Assembly: GCA_964016885.1 (NCBI GenBank)
Contig: OZ024741.1
Location: 4,712,001 to 4,776,000 of the forward strand
DNA length: 64,000 nucleotides
Origin: Eledone cirrhosa
Taxonomy: Eukaryota
Direction of reading: 5' to 3'
Shown here: one piece after another, positions 59,950 to 64,000 of the stretch
Layout of the letters: the number at the start of each line of letters is the position of its first letter
Position numbering within the stretch: the stretch's first letter is position 1
Translations under genes and position numbers: made by a program
The notes under the pieces: model-generated
What the model was told of the DNA's origin: nothing
The model's database searches: none
The model's input: the letters and a program-made list of their open reading frames with translations, nothing else

Positions 59950-62900
59950 AACTGTAGTTATACTGCAACTGTAGTTATACTGCAAATGTAGTTATACTGT
60001 AACTGTAGTTATACTGTAACTGTAGTTATACTGCAACTGTAGTTATACTGTAACTGTAGTTCTACTGTAGCTGTAGTTCTACTGTAGCTGTAGTTATACT
60101 GTAGCTGTAGTTATACTGTAACTGTAGTTATACTGTAGCTGTAGTTATACTGTAGCTGTAGTTTTACTGTGACTGTAGTTATACTGTCACTAGCTATACT
60201 GTAGCTGTAGTTATATTGTAGCTGTAGTTATACTGTAACTGTAGTTATACTGTAGCTGTAGTTATACTCTAACTGTAGTTATACTGTGACTGTAGTTATA
60301 CTGTGACTGTAGTTATACCGTGACTGTTGTTATACTATGACTTTAGTTATACTGTAACTGTAGTTATACTGTAACTGTAGTTATACTGTAGCTGTAGTTA
60401 TACCGTAAATGTAGATATACTGTAGCTGTAGTTATACTGCAACTGTAGTTATACTGCAACTGTAGTTATACTGTAGCTGTAGTTATACTATGACTAGTTA
60501 TACAGTAGCTGTAGTTATACTGTAGCTGTAGTTATACTGCAACTGTAGTTATACTGTAACTATAGTTATACTGCAACTGTAGTTATACTGTAACTGTAGT
60601 TATACTGTAACTGTGGTTATACTGCAACTGTAGTTATACTGTAACTGTAGTCATACTGTAACTGTAGTCATAATGCAACTGTAGTTATACTGTAACTGTA
60701 GTTATACTGTAGCTATACTCTAGCTGTAGTTATACTTTGACTAGATATACTGTGACTGTAGTTATACTGTAGCTGTAGTTATACTGTAACTGTAGTTATA
60801 CTGTGACTCTAGTTATACTGTAGCTGTAGTTATACTGTAACTGTAGTTATACTGTAACTGTAGTTATACTGTGACTGTAGTTATACTGTAAGTGTAGTTA
60901 TACTGTAGCTGGAGTTATACTGTGACTGTTGTTATACTTCAACTGTAGTTATACTGCAACTGTAGTTATACTGCAACTGTAGTTATACTGCAACTGTAGT
61001 TATACTGTGACTGTTGTTATACTGTCACTGTAGTTATACTGTCACTGTAGCTGTAGTTATACTGTAGCTGTAATTATAATGTAACTGTAGTTATACTGTA
61101 ACTGTAGATATACTGTAACTGTAGTTATACTGTCACTATAGTTATGCTGTAACTGTAGTTATACTGTAACTGTAGTTATACTGTAGCTGTAGTTATACTG
61201 TAACTGTAGTTCTACTGTAGCTGTAGTTCTACTGTAGCTGTAGTTATACTGTAGCTGTAGTTATACTGTAACTGTAGTTATACTGTAGCTGTAGTTATAC
61301 TGTAGCTGTAGTTATACTGTGACTGTAGTTATACTGTAGCTGTAGTTATACTGTAACTGTAGTTATACTGCAACTGTAGTTATACTGCAACTGTAGTTAT
61401 ACTGCAACTGTAGTTATACTGTAACTAGTTATACTTCAACTGTAATTATACTGTAGCTGTAGTTATAGTGTGACTGTAGTTATACTGTAACTGTAGTTAC
61501 ACTTCAACTGTAGTTATACTGTAACTGTAGTTATACTGTAGCTGTAGTTATACTGTGACTGTAGTTATACTGTAACTGTAGTTATACTGCAACTGTAGTT
61601 ATACTGTAACTGTAGTTATACTGCAACTGTAGTTATACTGCAACTGTAGTTATACTGTAACTGTAGTTATACTGTAACTGTAGTTATACTGTAACTGTAG
61701 TTATACTGCAACTGTAGTTATACTGTAACTGTAGTTATACTGCAACTGTAGTTATACTGCAACTGTAGTTATACTGTAACTGTAATTCTATCGTAGCTGT
61801 AGTTATACTGTAGCTGTTGTTATACTGTCACTGTAGCTATACTGTAACTGTAGTTATACTGCAACTGTACTTATACTGCAACTGTAGTTCTACTGTAGCT
61901 GTAGTTATACTGTAGCTGTAGTTTTACTGTAATTGTAGTTATAGTGTAGCTGTAGTTATACTGTAGCTGTAGTTATACTGTAACTGTAGTTATATTGTGA
62001 CTGTAGTTATACTGAGACTGTAATTACACTGTGACTGTTGTTATACTGTTACTGTTGTTATACAGTAACTGTAATTATACTGTGACTGTAGTTATACTGA
62101 GACTGTAATTATACTGTGACTGTTGTTATACTGTTACTGTTGTTATACAGTAACTGTAGTTATACTGTGATTTTAGTTATACTGTAACTGTAGTTATACT
62201 GCAACTGTAGTCATACTGTAACTGTAGTCATAATGCAACTGTAGTTATACTGTAACTGTAGTTATACTGTAGCTATACTCTAGCTGTAGTTATACTTTAA
62301 CTGTAGATATACTGTACCTGTAGTTATACTGTAACTGTATTTATACTGTAGCTGTAGTTATACTGTGACTCTAGTTATACTGTAACTGTAGTTATACTGT
62401 AGCTGTAGTTATACTGTGACTGTAGTTATACTGTAACTGTAGTTATACTGTAGCTGTAGTTATACTGCAACTGTAGTTATACTGTAACTGTAGTTATACT
62501 GCAACTGTAGTTATACTGTAACTGTAGTTATACTGTAACTGTAGTTATACTGCAACTGTAGTAATACTTTAACTGTAGTTATACTGTAACTGTAGTTATA
62601 CTGCAACTGTAGTTATACTGCAACTGTAGTTATACTGTAACTGTAGTTCTACTGTAGCTGTAGTTATACTGTAGCTGTAGTTATACTGTAACTGTAGATA
62701 TACTGTAGCTGTAGTTATACTGTGACTGTAGTTATACTGTGACTGTAGTTATACTGTGACTGTAGTTATACTGTGACTGTTGTTATACTGTCACTGTAGT
62801 TATACTGTAACTGTAGTTATACTGTAGCTGTAGTTATATTGTAGCTGTAGTTTTACTGTAACTGTAGTTATACTGTAACTGTACTTATACTGCAACTGTA

Positions 62901-64000
62901 CTTATACTGCAACTGTAGTTATACTGCAACTGTAGTTATAGTGTAACTGTAGTTCTACTGTAGCTGTAGTTATACTGTAGCTGTAGTTATACTGTCACTG
63001 TAGCTACACTGTAGCTGTAGTTATATTGTAGCTGTAGTTATACTGTAACTGTAGTTATACTGTAACTGTAGTTACAGTATATCTACAGTTACAGTATAAC
63101 TGTAGTTATACTGTGACTGTAGTTATACTCTAACTGTAGTTATACTGTAGCTGTAGTTATACTTTAGCTGTAGTTATACTGTAGCTGTAGTTATACTGCA
63201 ACTGTTGTTATACTGTAACTAGTTATACTGCAACTGTAGTTATACTGTAGCTATACTGTAGCTGTAGTTATACTGTAACTGTAGTTATACTGCAACTGTA
63301 GTTATACTGTGACTGTTGTTATACTGTTACTGTTGTTATACAGTAACTAGTTATAATGTGACTTTAGTTATACTGTAACTGTAGTTATACTGCAACTGTA
63401 GTTATACTGTAACTGTAGTCATACTGTAACTGTAGTCATAATGCAACTGTAGTTATACTGTAACTGTAGTTATACTGTACCTATACTCTAGCTGTAGTTA
63501 TACTTTAACTGTAGATATACTGTGACTGTAGTTATACTGTATCTGTAGTTATACTGTGTCTGTAGTTATACTGTCACTGTAGTTATACTGTAACTGTATT
63601 TATACTGTGACTCTAGTTATACTGTAACTGTAGTTATACTGTAGCTGTAGTTATACTGTAACTGTAGTTATACTGTGACTAGTTAAACTGTAACTGTAGT
63701 TATACTGTGACTGTAGCTGTAGTTATACTGTCACTGTAGTTATACTGTGACTTTAGTTATACTGTGACTGTAGTTATACTGTGACTGTTGTTATACTTCA
63801 ACTGTAGTTATACTGCAACTGTAGTTATACTGTAACTGTAGTTATACTGTAGCTATAGTTATACTGTGACTCTAGTTATACTGTAGCTGTAGTTATACTG
63901 TAACTGTAGATATACTGTAGCTGTAGTTATACTGTGACTGTAGTTATACTGTGACTGTAGTTATACTGTGACTGTTGTTATACTGTAGCTGTAGTTATAC
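59950..64000. repeat. Copy of about 48780-52820 at offset 11,178 bp (runs off the window end)
   Basis: Four markers give exactly the same offset: TGCAAATG 48803/59981, CCGTAAAT 49225/60403, TATCG 50611/61789 and the inversion 51897/63075. Confidence 0.85.

Larger units (their letters stand above)
1..64000. repeat. Tandem satellite array, 17-bp monomer CTGTAGTTATACTG(TAA/TAG/CAA/TGA/TCA), about 3,750 copies, truncated at both window ends
   Basis: The 17-bp periodicity is visible on every line from base 1 to 64000. All monomers share one orientation apart from the micro-inversions, and there is no non-repeat interruption. Occasional 15-, 11- and 23-bp length variants occur. Confidence 0.99.
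17500..64000. repeat. Right HOR domain: about 4.45 kb (about 262 monomers) higher-order repeat with rearrangements
   Basis: An ordered marker series (CCGTAAAT, GTAAGTG, CTGGAG, TTCTATCGT, GTAATACTTT, GCTACAC, micro-inversion, GTACCTATACTCT, TGAAAC) recurs. Inversion-marker spacings are 4422, 4454, 4524 and 4473 bp in unrearranged intervals. Confidence 0.85.

Noticed and set aside
1-64000. Protein-coding repeat ORF on either strand
   Set aside because: The core has TAG on the plus strand and TAA (in TATAAC) on the minus strand. Because 17 is not a multiple of 3, stops hit every frame about every 51 bp.
1-64000. CRISPR-like array (constant repeat plus variable spacer)
   Set aside because: The variable part is only 3 nt drawn from a few recurring states. 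There are no unique spacers, leader or cas genes.
1-64000. The variable triplet often equals a stop codon (TAA/TAG/TGA)
   Set aside because: TAG and TGA are simply single transitions from TAA, as is the equally common CAA. There is no reading frame, so I treat this as coincidence.
1-64000. Telomerase-synthesised telomeric repeat
   Set aside because: There are no G-runs and little strand G bias. Kilobase-scale HORs with inherited rare variants indicate recombinational amplification rather than templated addition.
1-64000. Pure sequencing artefact or synthetic low-complexity sequence
   Set aside because: Rare variants recur in conserved order across HOR copies with copy-specific differences, as expected of a real evolving array. 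Individual duplications still need read validation.
1-64000. Assignment to a named satellite family, organism or centromere
   Set aside because: I do not recognise the monomer with confidence. This needs a Dfam/Repbase/BLAST search and CENH3 ChIP or FISH data.

Overview
The whole 64 kb window is one uninterrupted, head-to-tail, AT-rich (about 29% GC) tandem satellite array. The monomer is 17 bp with consensus CTGTAGTTATACTGTAA, roughly 3,750 copies, and the array runs off both window ends. I see no genes, RNA genes, transposons, CRISPR arrays or unique sequence. All the information lies in the order of monomer variants. Variation is concentrated in one triplet (TAA/TAG/CAA/TGA/TCA). Rare variants reveal nested higher-order repeats (HORs): an irregular 2.6-4.3 kb HOR on the left (to about 17-19 kb) and a 4.45 kb HOR on the right. 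The right HOR is tagged by a 22-bp in-place micro-inversion. On top of it are about 10.1 kb, 11.18 kb and 5.94 kb segmental duplications and a 0.5 kb ectopic patch. The organisation looks like eukaryotic heterochromatic, possibly centromeric or subtelomeric, satellite DNA, but the organism and function cannot be determined from this sequence. I found no support for a protein-based novel system. Coordinates were counted by hand and block boundaries are approximate.
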